DNA from: a virus
Taxonomy: Duplodnaviria > Caudoviricetes
Length of the DNA: 64,000 nt
IMG/VR virus record: IMGVR_UViG_3300027983_002388
Reading direction: 5' to 3' (one strand)
Made by a program: the position numbers and the translations under genes. Within the stretch, counting starts at the first letter, position 1. Each line of letters begins with the position of its first letter. Positions 17,386-27,841 of this stretch are shown here, piece by piece. The notes below the pieces were generated by a model. The model was not told the origin of the DNA. It saw only the letters and a list, made by a program, of their open reading frames with translations, and did no database searches.

Positions 17386-19038
17386 TTACTTAGGCTTAAC
17401 CAGCGTATATCGCACAACTCGTACTTGTCCAAGTTTGATAATCGGCTGAATCATAGTTTCGCCGACCTGAAGTGAACCTTTGGTGCGAATAAAATCAGCC
17501 ATCCGGTCTTTGACCAACCGCATATCTTCACCAGGACAGATCATTTTGAACATATCCCTCAGCGTAAATACATAACCATCATCATTTAGATCAGCCCATT
17601 TTGTGATAGAATCCAAAATTTCTGTTCCAATCGTTCGACCTGCAATAGATTGGGCCGAATTCCTCGCCGCCTTAATGAAATTAAGGGCTGAAATTGGAAA
17701 TTGTTCTTCATTGACCGAATGGCATCGCTCAAGTTCTTCTTCTTTAAGATATGCCGAGAGCATTCTCTCCACTCGCTTATAAAGCAGAGCCACAGCATCA
17801 GCACTTGTTGGAGCGCTTGTCATCGTTTCCTTGAGGTATCTTCGCAAAGAACGCAGGGACGTGGTTCCTGGCTGTCTCGAAATGGTCTGCCTCTCGACCT
17901 TTTCACCATCGGTCAGAAGATAATCATAGGCATATTCCAACTTTTCTTTGCTGATGCCATAAACGTATGCCCTAAGAAACACGGCCTTGACAATGCCCAT
18001 TCCAACTCTGCGTTTTTGTCCATCCGTGTAACGAGACAACAGGTCATTGAGCCAAGTCAACGGTTCTTGGAAATGGTCAATCATCTTCCTAAGAGTCTTG
18101 AAGCTGAATTGAGTATTCTCTTGCTTTCCTCTGCTATAAGCGACCCTTATTACAGTTGCATTTTTGTTGTTGTACAATGATTCATTAGGATTGTTGCCAG
18201 CCATTGTTTCTGCGTCGTCCATAGTTCGACCGGCTCCGGTATCAATTACCGGCACTTCTTCGTCGGAAATACGACGACGAGTCATAACTCGAATCGACTT
18301 GCCAGATAATAGGCAAGCCAAAGAGCGATGACAACCATTTCTGATGCCGTCATGATTGAACAGGAACATTGAATCACCGATGTAGTAATTTTTTTGTTCA
18401 ATGTCTTGAATAAGGCCAAACACTTTGCCTTCTCGCACTTTGCGATTCGTGGCATTCATCACGATCAACCAAGCGATTTCCGGCGTAATTGTCTCTTCAG
18501 AGTAATCACGAGGATCGCTTTCGCTAATCCTTTTGTATTCAGCCCAATCCTTTTCTGTGGGGGTCAGCTTTGGAAAGGACATCCTAATTGATTTGGGAAT
18601 CCAATTAGGAATATTGAAGTTAAATCCTGCGGACGACGACAGTAAATCAAGCTGAACCTTTGGTTCGCTCATTTTTAGTTCCTTGAAAATAACACTCGAA
18701 CAAAAACCTGAGTCGGTAAGACATTCAGGTAACTCCACATCAATTAGGCGATGGTACTCAATTCCAAATTTTCGATCAATCCAATTTTGGCGCATTTCGA
18801 CAATCAGAGAAATTAGCTCTTGGTCCAAGTAAAACCATTCTTTATGGCTGTTGATGTAATGAAAATATGTATGAAGGTAATCTTCATCGGACAATGTTCC
18901 CGGATAAATAGCCAACAAAACCTGCTTTTCATCGGGCGACATGCCGCTTAACGTAAAAATACGATCAGGCAAACTATTGCTATGACCGATTTTAACCTTT
19001 TTAAGCTGTGGCGAATAAAGAAAATAAACATATCCCAT
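17386..19038 (-). CDS. GIY-YIG/T5orf172-like N-terminal domain fused to a ParB-like domain
   Basis: GYVYFL...VKIGHS...RI..L; later NRKV...IRNGCHRSLA. Confidence 0.6.
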   Translation of the reverse strand: MGYVYFLYSPQLKKVKIGHSNSLPDRIFTLSGMSPDEKQVLLAIYPGTLSDEDYLHTYFHYINSHKEWFYLDQELISLIVEMRQNWIDRKFGIEYHRLIDVELPECLTDSGFCSSVIFKELKMSEPKVQLDLLSSSAGFNFNIPNWIPKSIRMSFPKLTPTEKDWAEYKRISESDPRDYSEETITPEIAWLIVMNATNRKVREGKVFGLIQDIEQKNYYIGDSMFLFNHDGIRNGCHRSLACLLSGKSIRVMTRRRISDEEVPVIDTGAGRTMDDAETMAGNNPNESLYNNKNATVIRVAYSRGKQENTQFSFKTLRKMIDHFQEPLTWLNDLLSRYTDGQKRRVGMGIVKAVFLRAYVYGISKEKLEYAYDYLLTDGEKVERQTISRQPGTTSLRSLRRYLKETMTSAPTSADAVALLYKRVERMLSAYLKEEELERCHSVNEEQFPISALNFIKAARNSAQSIAGRTIGTEILDSITKWADLNDDGYVFTLRDMFKMICPGEDMRLVKDRMADFIRTKGSLQVGETMIQPIIKLGQVRVVRYTLVKPK

Positions 19039-19099
19039 GAAAGATTATATGGGCCAAGCGACAAATAAGTGGCTCGTTGTGTTTATTTGCGAATTTTTT

Positions 19100-19669
19100 T
19101 CAAGATATTTCAGGTGCATTTGATGATTCGATAAAGAAGTCATCCTCAAGTTTCAATAAATGTTCCAAAGCAACAACTGACCATTTCCCATATTGTAACT
19201 TGTATTTGAAAGTATGTCCGACCAAATCTTTGGTGTGAACAAAAGCCAACCACGGCTTTCGGGTTTTCTTCCAGCAAAGAAGCGGCTTTCTTCCGCAACG
19301 CTTGCTGTCTTGGGTGACTTGATCTAAGAACGCATCAAGCTCGCTGTTCCCCCGCACAAAGACAGAACTCATGTCGATGCCGTCATAGCCGCCTTTGCTC
19401 TCTATGACGAAGCGGAAGCCTTGGGGAACGATTAGATCGCCGGAGAAGACCTCTCGTGCGTGCTTGGGAAGATGATTGACTTGTCCCCAACGATTGCCGG
19501 AGCCAACAGAGCGACTAAAGCCGTCACCAAATCTAGTGTTCAGGACTTTGGTAAGGTCAAGTTCAGTGCGATTGCCCTTCTTCTTGCCATCAACTTTTTT
19601 GGTAGTCTTTTTTTTGCTAAGAATATCGTCAGTGACGAAATCCTCCATATCCTCAAAATCATGTTTCAT
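19100..19669 (-). CDS. Holliday junction resolvase-like PD-(D/E)xK nuclease
   Basis: KKKGNRTE...RSVGSG...GDL...IESK. Confidence 0.7.
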   Translation of the reverse strand: MKHDFEDMEDFVTDDILSKKKTTKKVDGKKKGNRTELDLTKVLNTRFGDGFSRSVGSGNRWGQVNHLPKHAREVFSGDLIVPQGFRFVIESKGGYDGIDMSSVFVRGNSELDAFLDQVTQDSKRCGRKPLLCWKKTRKPWLAFVHTKDLVGHTFKYKLQYGKWSVVALEHLLKLEDDFFIESSNAPEIS

Positions 19670-19697
19670 GTTGTAACCTCTAACAATTATATAGAGA

Positions 19698-20876
19698 TTA
19701 CCGAGATATAATGCCGCTCAATCCTTCCAGGTCTTGACGTTGCTGTTCCAGGTCTTGCAATAATTGATCGAAATCATGTCGCTGTATTGACTGCTCTTGG
19801 ACCAATTGCTCTGTATAAGTGCGGATATTGTTAATCAAATCAATCATCTCGTCGCACTTCTTCTCCACTTCAGATAAAGGGAACTCTTCCCACTCAACAA
19901 TCTTAGGCAACGGTCGCTCTTTTGGAGGTTTCTGCACTTGCAGGATGCGATCTTTTTCATCGAGACTGGTAATGACTTCAAAAGAAGCATTACGTTGAAT
20001 TGGGTCGTGCTTCTTGCCGTCAAATTGCCACGGCGTCGAGCCTTCTTTACAAACCTCAAATCGCTGGACGTTTTTGGGAGTTGTCTCTTCAAGAGTGATT
20101 TTGAATTCCCAAATTTCTTCAGTGGGTAATTCAATTAGTTTTTGTGTACGAGCTAGACTTTTAATGCCAGAACATTCATGAACAGCGTCTTCCCATATCG
20201 TCGGTTCAGACACAAAGAAAACTTGACCAAGAGGCTCTCGCATATCGACAATCCACAATGGACGGTGACGATTACGAAACAACCATAACATGCGACTGCC
20301 ATTTTCTCTTCGTTCACCTACGGCGACCGCCATGTGTCCTTCGTTGATGAGACTAAAAATATCTCGAATGCCTGCTAATCTTTGCGGCAATTCGGCATCG
20401 CCAAAATCTTTCTTTAACTCTTTGGCTGAATAACTCTCACCAGATTCAAATATCCTAAGAAGGATTTCTGAATCGCATTGAGTTTGCAAACCGTATTTTT
20501 GTTTCAGAGAATGATATTCACAATCATCAACACGACCATTGTGAATCAAACCTATTGATTTGTCCTGGCTGGTAAATGGGTGATTGTTTTGATTTGCACT
20601 TGGCTCACCAACACCTTTTGAAGCACCACGAGCATGAATCAACAAGAGATTGGGATTGTGTTTGGATACTAATTTCCAAACATCCTTCTTGATGAAATGG
20701 CTAGATTTGCCCGGTTCTTTGTGATAGAGAACATTGCCGTTAACGCCGCTCTCCGTACCCCAATAACCAGCAGCATCGACGCCCCGACATTCGCTCTTCT
20801 CAAATAATTTGGTTATCAGTTGATAGGTAAGAACTGGCTTCTTTGATTCGCCTATGTAACCGGCAATTCCACACAT
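19698..20876 (-). CDS. Class II (Ntn) glutamine amidotransferase domain protein
   Basis: MCGIAG N-terminus; HAR, NHPF, HNG, DSE. Confidence 0.85.
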   Translation of the reverse strand: MCGIAGYIGESKKPVLTYQLITKLFEKSECRGVDAAGYWGTESGVNGNVLYHKEPGKSSHFIKKDVWKLVSKHNPNLLLIHARGASKGVGEPSANQNNHPFTSQDKSIGLIHNGRVDDCEYHSLKQKYGLQTQCDSEILLRIFESGESYSAKELKKDFGDAELPQRLAGIRDIFSLINEGHMAVAVGERRENGSRMLWLFRNRHRPLWIVDMREPLGQVFFVSEPTIWEDAVHECSGIKSLARTQKLIELPTEEIWEFKITLEETTPKNVQRFEVCKEGSTPWQFDGKKHDPIQRNASFEVITSLDEKDRILQVQKPPKERPLPKIVEWEEFPLSEVEKKCDEMIDLINNIRTYTEQLVQEQSIQRHDFDQLLQDLEQQRQDLEGLSGIISR

Positions 20877-20890
20877 TAGCATCCTCGTTC

Positions 20891-21409
20891 TTAGAAACCA
20901 TCCATAGGGCCAGGATTGCCCGCCAATGGCGGCGTAGCCAAACTTCCTGTACCTCCTGGTGGAGCTACAGGGCCAGCCTTATCAATTGTAGCTGATTGTG
21001 GCGGCGGGGCAGATTGATCTGGTTTGTCTGTGCCTTTATCATCTTCTTCTGGTGCCGTGTCTGTTGTGGCCAACTTATGAATTGGCACTCCCAGATTAGC
21101 GACAAGTTTTTCAAGAGATGTAGCACATCCAGCAATAGTTCCAGGTAGATCATCTTTTTCCTCGATTGATTTCATCAAGGCAACGCCAACTTTTTGTAGC
21201 GTTAAAAGATGTTTTTTTTCTTCCCTGGGCCAATTACTGTGTAAAATCCGGCGAATTTGATTGACGATACGCTCTGAGAACCGAGTTAAATCTCTAGTTC
21301 CCATATTATTGGCGTCATCACGCAGTTCTTGCGCAGCGGTCAATATATCGCCGACTTTTTGGCCGAGATAGGCTTGGGACTCGTTAAGTAAAAATTGTTT
21401 GAACCTCAT
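20891..21409 (-). CDS. Putative head-packaged protein (CTS-like N-terminus MRFKQFLLNE)
   Basis: N-terminal motif; TAAATA 10 nt upstream of ATG. Confidence 0.5.
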   Translation of the reverse strand: MRFKQFLLNESQAYLGQKVGDILTAAQELRDDANNMGTRDLTRFSERIVNQIRRILHSNWPREEKKHLLTLQKVGVALMKSIEEKDDLPGTIAGCATSLEKLVANLGVPIHKLATTDTAPEEDDKGTDKPDQSAPPPQSATIDKAGPVAPPGGTGSLATPPLAGNPGPMDGF

Positions 21410-21447
21410 GCTCTATTTAGAGAACGTATTCACATAATTTCTCCAAT

Positions 21448-23100
21448 TCACTGAGACTCTACAGGATTCTCTGGTTGAAGTTTCAATCCTCTGTGCTGAA
21501 TTGCCGCTGTAATCAGCCCTTTGAACAAAGGAGCGGCGTTCATCAACCTGCTTTTGAATTCAGGGTGAGCCTGAGTTCCAATGAAATAAGGGTGAATATT
21601 ACGATCCAACTCCATAACTTCAATAAGTCCAGTTTCCGGGTTTCGCCCACTAATTCTAAATCCCCGTTTAGCATATTGTTCAGAAAATTCCGGGTTTACC
21701 TCATATCGGTGGCGATGTCGTTCGCTAATCAATGGCTTGCCATAGACTTCGGACGCAATGCTATCCTTGGTCAATTCACACTCATACGAACCCAATCGCA
21801 TATTGGCTGATTTCTTATTCAGCTTTTCTTGCCCCTCAACAAAGTGAATGACCGGATATGGAGTTTCCTTATTGAATTCAAGGCTATTAGCTCCATCTAA
21901 ATCACATTCATTCCGAGCAAATTCAATTACAGCACACTGTAGTCCCAGGCAAATGCCCAAAAATGGAATCTTCTTCTCACGAACGTACTGAATGGCTTTG
22001 ATTTTACCTTCAGTACCTCGATTATCGAATCCACCAGGAACAATAATGCCATCCAAGCCCTCAAAATGCTTGTGGATGCCTCGCAAGTCTTTGTATTTCT
22101 CCAATTCATCAGCTTTGATCCACTTGATGTTAACACGAACATCATTGGCAATACCAGCATGAAGAAGGGATTCCTTCAAAGACATATACGCTTCATCACA
22201 ATTGTCGTATTTGCCAAATACGCCGATCTCAATGGCGGGCATGTGGTTGGAGACGTATTTTTCTACAACTTCACGATATTTGTGAATTCTACAAGCACTC
22301 CGATTCAATCGGAAAAGGTCAACGAAAAGATCGTCAACGTGCCGGTCGTAGAATTCAAGTGGAACCTGATAAATGCTCTGTACGTCTGGAGCATCAAATA
22401 TACACTCCCGTTTGACGTTGGTGAGCATCGAGACTTTGGCCAACAGCTTCTCAGGGATCGCACGATCTACACGACAGAAAATCACGTCGGGTTGCAGGCC
22501 ATGCCGCTGAAGCTCTTTAACGCTGTTCTGGAGGGGCTTTGTTTTGAATTCTTTTATCGTATTCACCCACAGAATAGGTGCGACCATAGCGATCAACACA
22601 TCGTCTTTGAACTTCTGCTTGAATTGTCGCATAGCTTCAAAGAAGGCAAAGCTCTCACTATCGCCAACGGTGCCGCCAATCTCAACAATAACAACGTCTT
22701 TATCTTTGCCCAAATCCACGAGGCGTTGCTGGATTTTATCTGTCAAATGCGGAATAAGCTGGATGGTTTGACCAAGATATTTGCCAGCTTCTTGTTCCTC
22801 GATCAATTCCTTGTGCAAAGTCCCTGACGTGCAAATGTTCATCTTGTTGACATTGATGCCAGCAATTCGCTCATAGTGTCCGAGATCAAGGTCGGTTTCC
22901 GTGCCATCATCGCAAAGGAAACACTCCCCGTGTTCACGGGGAGCCAAAATTCCCGCATTTGTGTTCAAATACGGGTCGAATTTGACGAGGGTGATGTTGT
23001 GACCACGGAACTTCAGCAAAAGCCCGACGCTCGCTGCCGAGACGCCCTTGCCAGTACCAGAAATCACACCACCGACCACTATAAGGTACTTAGCTGACAT
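21448..23100 (-). CDS. pyrG: CTP synthase
   Basis: GGVISGTGKG, KFDPYLN, DLDLGHYER, GICLGLQ, QAHPEF. Confidence 0.97.
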   Translation of the reverse strand: MSAKYLIVVGGVISGTGKGVSAASVGLLLKFRGHNITLVKFDPYLNTNAGILAPREHGECFLCDDGTETDLDLGHYERIAGINVNKMNICTSGTLHKELIEEQEAGKYLGQTIQLIPHLTDKIQQRLVDLGKDKDVVIVEIGGTVGDSESFAFFEAMRQFKQKFKDDVLIAMVAPILWVNTIKEFKTKPLQNSVKELQRHGLQPDVIFCRVDRAIPEKLLAKVSMLTNVKRECIFDAPDVQSIYQVPLEFYDRHVDDLFVDLFRLNRSACRIHKYREVVEKYVSNHMPAIEIGVFGKYDNCDEAYMSLKESLLHAGIANDVRVNIKWIKADELEKYKDLRGIHKHFEGLDGIIVPGGFDNRGTEGKIKAIQYVREKKIPFLGICLGLQCAVIEFARNECDLDGANSLEFNKETPYPVIHFVEGQEKLNKKSANMRLGSYECELTKDSIASEVYGKPLISERHRHRYEVNPEFSEQYAKRGFRISGRNPETGLIEVMELDRNIHPYFIGTQAHPEFKSRLMNAAPLFKGLITAAIQHRGLKLQPENPVESQ

Positions 23101-23137
23101 TGACTCTCCTTTGGTAATTCCAAACAATATTTTCAAG

Positions 23138-23196
23138 CAAGCCCTGCTTTCACCTAAGAGCGAGCACCCGACCTCTTTAGGATCGGGGTAGTTGAC
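23138..23196 (-). mobile_element. IS200/IS605-family end-hairpin remnant (MITE-like)
   Basis: Minus strand GTCAACTACCCCGATCCTAAAGAGGTCGGG...GGGCTTG; no tnpA/tnpB/iscB nearby. Confidence 0.55.
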
Positions 23197-23275
23197 AGGG
23201 CTTATTCTTTATGCACTCTGGAGTGTTCGTCGTAGTGGGTCGATCAGGACCGGAACTTTATCCGATCTCACAAAA

Positions 23276-25549
23276 TCATATTGAGCAAGCTCCACCGGCA
23301 CAAGCAATTGTGTCCATCGGCTTGGTTTCGTCGGTTTCTTCGATCATCAAAGAATAATCTACGTCTTTGTATTCTCTCTGCAAATCTTGCCAGAGCTTCC
23401 AATTGTGGACTTCTTTGAGGCAATATGTCATATGACGTGAATCACCCTCGAAATATCGGTTGGCAAACTGCACTGCACGACGAACAAAATCCTTCTTTGC
23501 CTCCCAAGAAGCATGAGCAATTTTGTGGGCATGATGTTCTTGCATATGTTCATAATTGATGACATCACCCACCAATTCGGCTTCTGGAGACTTGGGTTCA
23601 ACCAAGGGATCGCCATAACCTAATACGGTTTCGCAAGCTACCCAGAGGTTATCATCAAATGCACGCAATCCATGAACAATTAAACCACTGGCAAACAAAC
23701 TGCCTTCGCCATACATCTGAACGATTTCACGGGCAGTATGAACGGTAGTGAAGGGGGCTTGGGGATAATCCAAATCGCCTGATTGCGGAAGCAATGCGAT
23801 GCCTGCAAAGAATCTACGATTGTCGAAAATATAATCAGTGACAGCATCCCATTCATCGGGACGTACATTGATCGTATTGGATACGTTATGAGTGAGCCAC
23901 GGTTGAGTACAAAGTTCAGGACGTGTGCCAGCCATAACCCAATTTGCCTGTGTACTCTTGACGTGTTCCAGGAGCTTCAAAGCAGACAATTGGTTCTTGG
24001 TCTTTGCACCATCAGGAACTTCTACACAGAACGTAATGACCTCATCGGTCTTATTGGCGCTCCATACAGATTTCTCAACAGCAATCCCATTTCGCTCTTT
24101 GAAGAACTGCAAAGGAGCTTCCATATAGTTGCCCTGAATACGACGAAAATAACGCTTGGCATGATGCGGGTGAATACCGCTGGCACTGCCAAGAATACAG
24201 CTAGTCGTTCCGGCTGGCTTTACGCATGTTGCACGGGCGGCTGGGTTGATTCCAATCTGCTTGGCCATCCACTCATTCGTATCAAGAATGAGCTTTGCCA
24301 TTTCCTGTTGATTTTCCTCATCGAAAATAATATCAGGATTATCCATCATACCCGTAATGCTGACGCCCAATAGAGCTTCTCGTTCCACAATCTCCTTGGA
24401 TGTTTGTCCAAGATATTCAAAGTTTGTATACGATGCTTGAAGAGTGCCAATAATGGCTGCGGCTTTGGCCGCAATAGCAAAATCTTCTTTGCTCTTGATC
24501 TTGCGACCATTGATTTCGCAAAGATTGCACATCTGCCAACCTGAAATGCCAGTCTTCCAATGAACCGGCCACATGCCAATTTCAACACATGGGTTCACAA
24601 CAAGGTCGGGATGATCGGCAAATACGAATCCAGGTTCTCCGAATTCTTTTACATCCTTCATTGCCTCTTCAAATTGCTCTTTAGTGGTTTCGCCACGAAT
24701 GAGCAACATAGAGTTGTTGGACCTTGCTCTCTGAGGATTTTCCGTAAACCAATTACCAGTCTTGGCTTTACGCATATCCATATCGTCTACCGAGAACAAA
24801 CAAATGGTAGCCGACCGTCGAACGCCACCACTCAAAACGGCATCGCTGATGTGCATAACAATATCGTATGCGTCAATAGACCGCAGGCGTTTGAACCTCT
24901 TGCAGCGATCATCCATGAGCTTACAAATAATCTCTAGTGAACGACGTAATGGTTCTGGTCCTGGGGCCTTGCCAACTCCCGATGCCAATACAGCACCGGC
25001 TGGGCGAATGTGTGAAAAATCAAAGGTCACATCACAGCCATACCATTCCGAAAATTCTTCATGGGGCATGTATGTTGCCAACAAGATACCCAAAGCATCA
25101 GACCATCCCTCAATTGAGTCAGGAATGATATACTTTCGCTTTTTGTGAACCTGTCCGCTTGTACGACTTTCATGGAAATCAGGTAGCTTTCCAATATGGT
25201 GATGTTGCACAGAAAAACCTGTGCCGCAACCGCATAATAAAAGCCAGAATGTTTCTTGGAAAAAACGCACTCGGTCGCAATATGAGACACAGCAGTTGTA
25301 CATGCGGGCATTTTTTTGTTCAATTGACTTGCCGCCAAATTGGAGCGCCCGTTGTGAGCCTAGCACTAATTTTTGCTTAACTTTATCGAATGCCCATTCA
25401 ATGTCCGAAATCATGTGCGGGAACTTACGAATGTGCATTTGCATCACTCGATCAACCGCCTCATTCCAAATCTCTCTTCTTTTTTCTTTCTGATTAAATC
25501 GAGCATATCTGCTGACGTAAGTGTATTCCTGTAAAGCCTTTATAGACAT
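23276..25549 (-). CDS. nrdJ: Class II (B12-dependent) ribonucleotide reductase, monomeric RTPR-like
   Basis: NCC, GGVRRSA, NPCVEI, TCVKPAGT, C-terminal ACAGGAC. Confidence 0.9.
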   Translation of the reverse strand: MSIKALQEYTYVSRYARFNQKEKRREIWNEAVDRVMQMHIRKFPHMISDIEWAFDKVKQKLVLGSQRALQFGGKSIEQKNARMYNCCVSYCDRVRFFQETFWLLLCGCGTGFSVQHHHIGKLPDFHESRTSGQVHKKRKYIIPDSIEGWSDALGILLATYMPHEEFSEWYGCDVTFDFSHIRPAGAVLASGVGKAPGPEPLRRSLEIICKLMDDRCKRFKRLRSIDAYDIVMHISDAVLSGGVRRSATICLFSVDDMDMRKAKTGNWFTENPQRARSNNSMLLIRGETTKEQFEEAMKDVKEFGEPGFVFADHPDLVVNPCVEIGMWPVHWKTGISGWQMCNLCEINGRKIKSKEDFAIAAKAAAIIGTLQASYTNFEYLGQTSKEIVEREALLGVSITGMMDNPDIIFDEENQQEMAKLILDTNEWMAKQIGINPAARATCVKPAGTTSCILGSASGIHPHHAKRYFRRIQGNYMEAPLQFFKERNGIAVEKSVWSANKTDEVITFCVEVPDGAKTKNQLSALKLLEHVKSTQANWVMAGTRPELCTQPWLTHNVSNTINVRPDEWDAVTDYIFDNRRFFAGIALLPQSGDLDYPQAPFTTVHTAREIVQMYGEGSLFASGLIVHGLRAFDDNLWVACETVLGYGDPLVEPKSPEAELVGDVINYEHMQEHHAHKIAHASWEAKKDFVRRAVQFANRYFEGDSRHMTYCLKEVHNWKLWQDLQREYKDVDYSLMIEETDETKPMDTIACAGGACSI

Positions 25550-25761
25550 TTTTCCTCTTTTCCTTCTGCCAAATATTGTTTGGTCTTGTTTGCTGGGAAG
25601 GTAGCTAGTTGTTATGAGCTGAATTTTTTGACTATTATTGTCGGGGGTTACAATAATAGCTTTTAAGGCATTTTATGGCAAGCCATAAGTCGCTCTGAAA
25701 GTAACTTATATCGTGCAAAAACGTGCAAAAACCTTTCGCACGAACACATAAATGGTCTTCT

Positions 25762-27798
25762 TCATTCTTGAGACAATTTAGTATATCCACCTTCATGAAC
25801 CATTCTGATAACGTCTGATCCTTCGAGCATTCGCATAAGGTCTGGATCATGAGTCGTGACAAACACTTGCTTGTCTTCGGCCAACTCACAGATCATATTG
25901 TAAATGCCTTGGACACCCAAAGGATCGACATTGGTGCTGACTTCATCTAAGAAGACAATAGACGGGATGGAACCGGAGCTAACGGTCATGACGTGTGCGA
26001 AAGATTGGCTCACAGCAAGATTGAGACGCCGACGTTGCCCTGTAGACATAGCATGATATACATAAGGATCGCCATCCACTGGATTACGTTCAATTTTTTC
26101 GTTCAACTCATTATCGAACTTGAGCGTGATCTTATTGTCGATAAGGAACTGAAGCCAATAATTGATACGGCTGTTAAGCTCTGGAATAATCCCATCCACA
26201 ACCCATTTGCGAATACCATGTTCGCCGAGGCCAGCAATCCAATAATCAAAATATGGCAATTCAGCTTCGAGAGCTTTTACCTCGACTTCTTTATTGGCCA
26301 CATTGAGAGTGACGTTATCAAGTTCCACTTTATCGTTGTCGATAAAGTCTTGATATGGCGAGCGACCTGCCAACTCTGTTTTTTTGCTTTCAACCGAATT
26401 CTTGATTTGAGAAATCTCTTGTTCCAAAAGAGCTTCAGCACTATCCGCTTTTGGTTCACGCACCTTAGAGGCGGCAACCAGATCATTTCTCAATGTTCTG
26501 AGTTGGGAATCAATTGAACCAATCTTTGTCACAACCTGACCGATCATGGTTGTGACTTTTCCCTGTCGCAGCTTCAGATCATCAGTTTTAACGGCAATCT
26601 CTTTGCCTCCCGTCATGGCCGTCTGAATATCAAGATTGATCTCATTGATTTCTAATTTAAGACCATTCACATATTCAAGGATATTTTCCTCTTCAACAAC
26701 ACTGCGGCATTTTCCGCAGCGGGTGCCGGGCTTATTGGATTCCAAATCAGCAATCTCAAATTCTTTTTTCTTCCGATCAGCCAACTTAACTCTCGCAGTC
26801 GCAGAAAACTCTTCATACTGCTTGGTAAGTCCCTGAGCCTCTAATTTCAATTCCGCTTCTTTGTCTTTCACCAACTGAAGTTTCTTCTCCAGATCAGCCT
26901 TAGAAACCTCCAAAGGAGGAATCGAATCATTGATAGAGGTAATCTTGACCTGAGCCTCTTGGTATGCCAGGAGTGCAGCGCCAGTATCAGTAGAGGCTAA
27001 TTCTTGTCTCTTGGTTAGAATGGATTTCTCAAGAACAACGATCTCATTTTTCTTCGTGAGTTGCCAATCAACATGCTTCTTTTCAGTCAACAAAAGACGA
27101 CGATTGGCATCATCCTTAATGGACAATAGAAGGTTGTATTCTTTTGCTTTCGAGTCGATATTCTGTTTAATCACCTTCCGCAACTCTTTGGCGTTTTCAT
27201 GCCACTCTCGATAGTCGCCCAATGAAAGCAGATTTTCTACGATCTCTTTCTTTTGAGGATTATCACACTCCAAGAAGCACAATCGCTGATCGTCTGTGAA
27301 TATGCACATATTCACAAAAGCGTCATAAGACAAACCGATGACACTTTCAATCTTCTTTTGAGTAGTCTGCATTGTGCCTTGAGTAATCTCTGTGGTCTTG
27401 TCCCAGATGGCATCTGGGCTTTCCCACAATCTCAAGCTGTTTCCGTCTTTGCGATCCAACCGTGTACGAACAACACGGTAATCGCCAAAGATAAGTTCAA
27501 CTTTGCAGTCTTTACCTACAAGGTTGTGAACGACATCATTGACTTTCAATTTTTGTTTTACGGTTTTGCCAAAAAGACCATAAACAATAATCTCTTGCAA
27601 TGAGCTTTTGCCTGTTCCATTACTGGAAATCTTGGTTTCATCAGATTGTTCACTTGATGAATCAATTGCCTTAGCATCTCGATTCTCGCCACGAATCAAA
27701 ATGATATTGCCGTATTTCTCCAATGGAAGTTGGATACCTACGGGACCGAAGGGCAAAAAGTTCCACGCCGCAATGTGTTTGAAGGTTAGATTTATCAT
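25762..27798 (-). CDS. sbcC: SbcC/Rad50 (gp46-like) ATPase
   Basis: NGTGKSS, coiled coil, CGKC hook, MSTGQ, FLDE, THD. Confidence 0.9.
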   Translation of the reverse strand: MINLTFKHIAAWNFLPFGPVGIQLPLEKYGNIILIRGENRDAKAIDSSSEQSDETKISSNGTGKSSLQEIIVYGLFGKTVKQKLKVNDVVHNLVGKDCKVELIFGDYRVVRTRLDRKDGNSLRLWESPDAIWDKTTEITQGTMQTTQKKIESVIGLSYDAFVNMCIFTDDQRLCFLECDNPQKKEIVENLLSLGDYREWHENAKELRKVIKQNIDSKAKEYNLLLSIKDDANRRLLLTEKKHVDWQLTKKNEIVVLEKSILTKRQELASTDTGAALLAYQEAQVKITSINDSIPPLEVSKADLEKKLQLVKDKEAELKLEAQGLTKQYEEFSATARVKLADRKKKEFEIADLESNKPGTRCGKCRSVVEEENILEYVNGLKLEINEINLDIQTAMTGGKEIAVKTDDLKLRQGKVTTMIGQVVTKIGSIDSQLRTLRNDLVAASKVREPKADSAEALLEQEISQIKNSVESKKTELAGRSPYQDFIDNDKVELDNVTLNVANKEVEVKALEAELPYFDYWIAGLGEHGIRKWVVDGIIPELNSRINYWLQFLIDNKITLKFDNELNEKIERNPVDGDPYVYHAMSTGQRRRLNLAVSQSFAHVMTVSSGSIPSIVFLDEVSTNVDPLGVQGIYNMICELAEDKQVFVTTHDPDLMRMLEGSDVIRMVHEGGYTKLSQE

Positions 27799-27841
27799 GC
27801 GGGCAGTATAGAACTTCTCGCAATGTGCTGCAATACGATTG

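Noticed and set aside
23276-25549. Intein or group I intron in nrdJ
   Set aside because: ORF is continuous and of normal length, with no splicing motifs seen.
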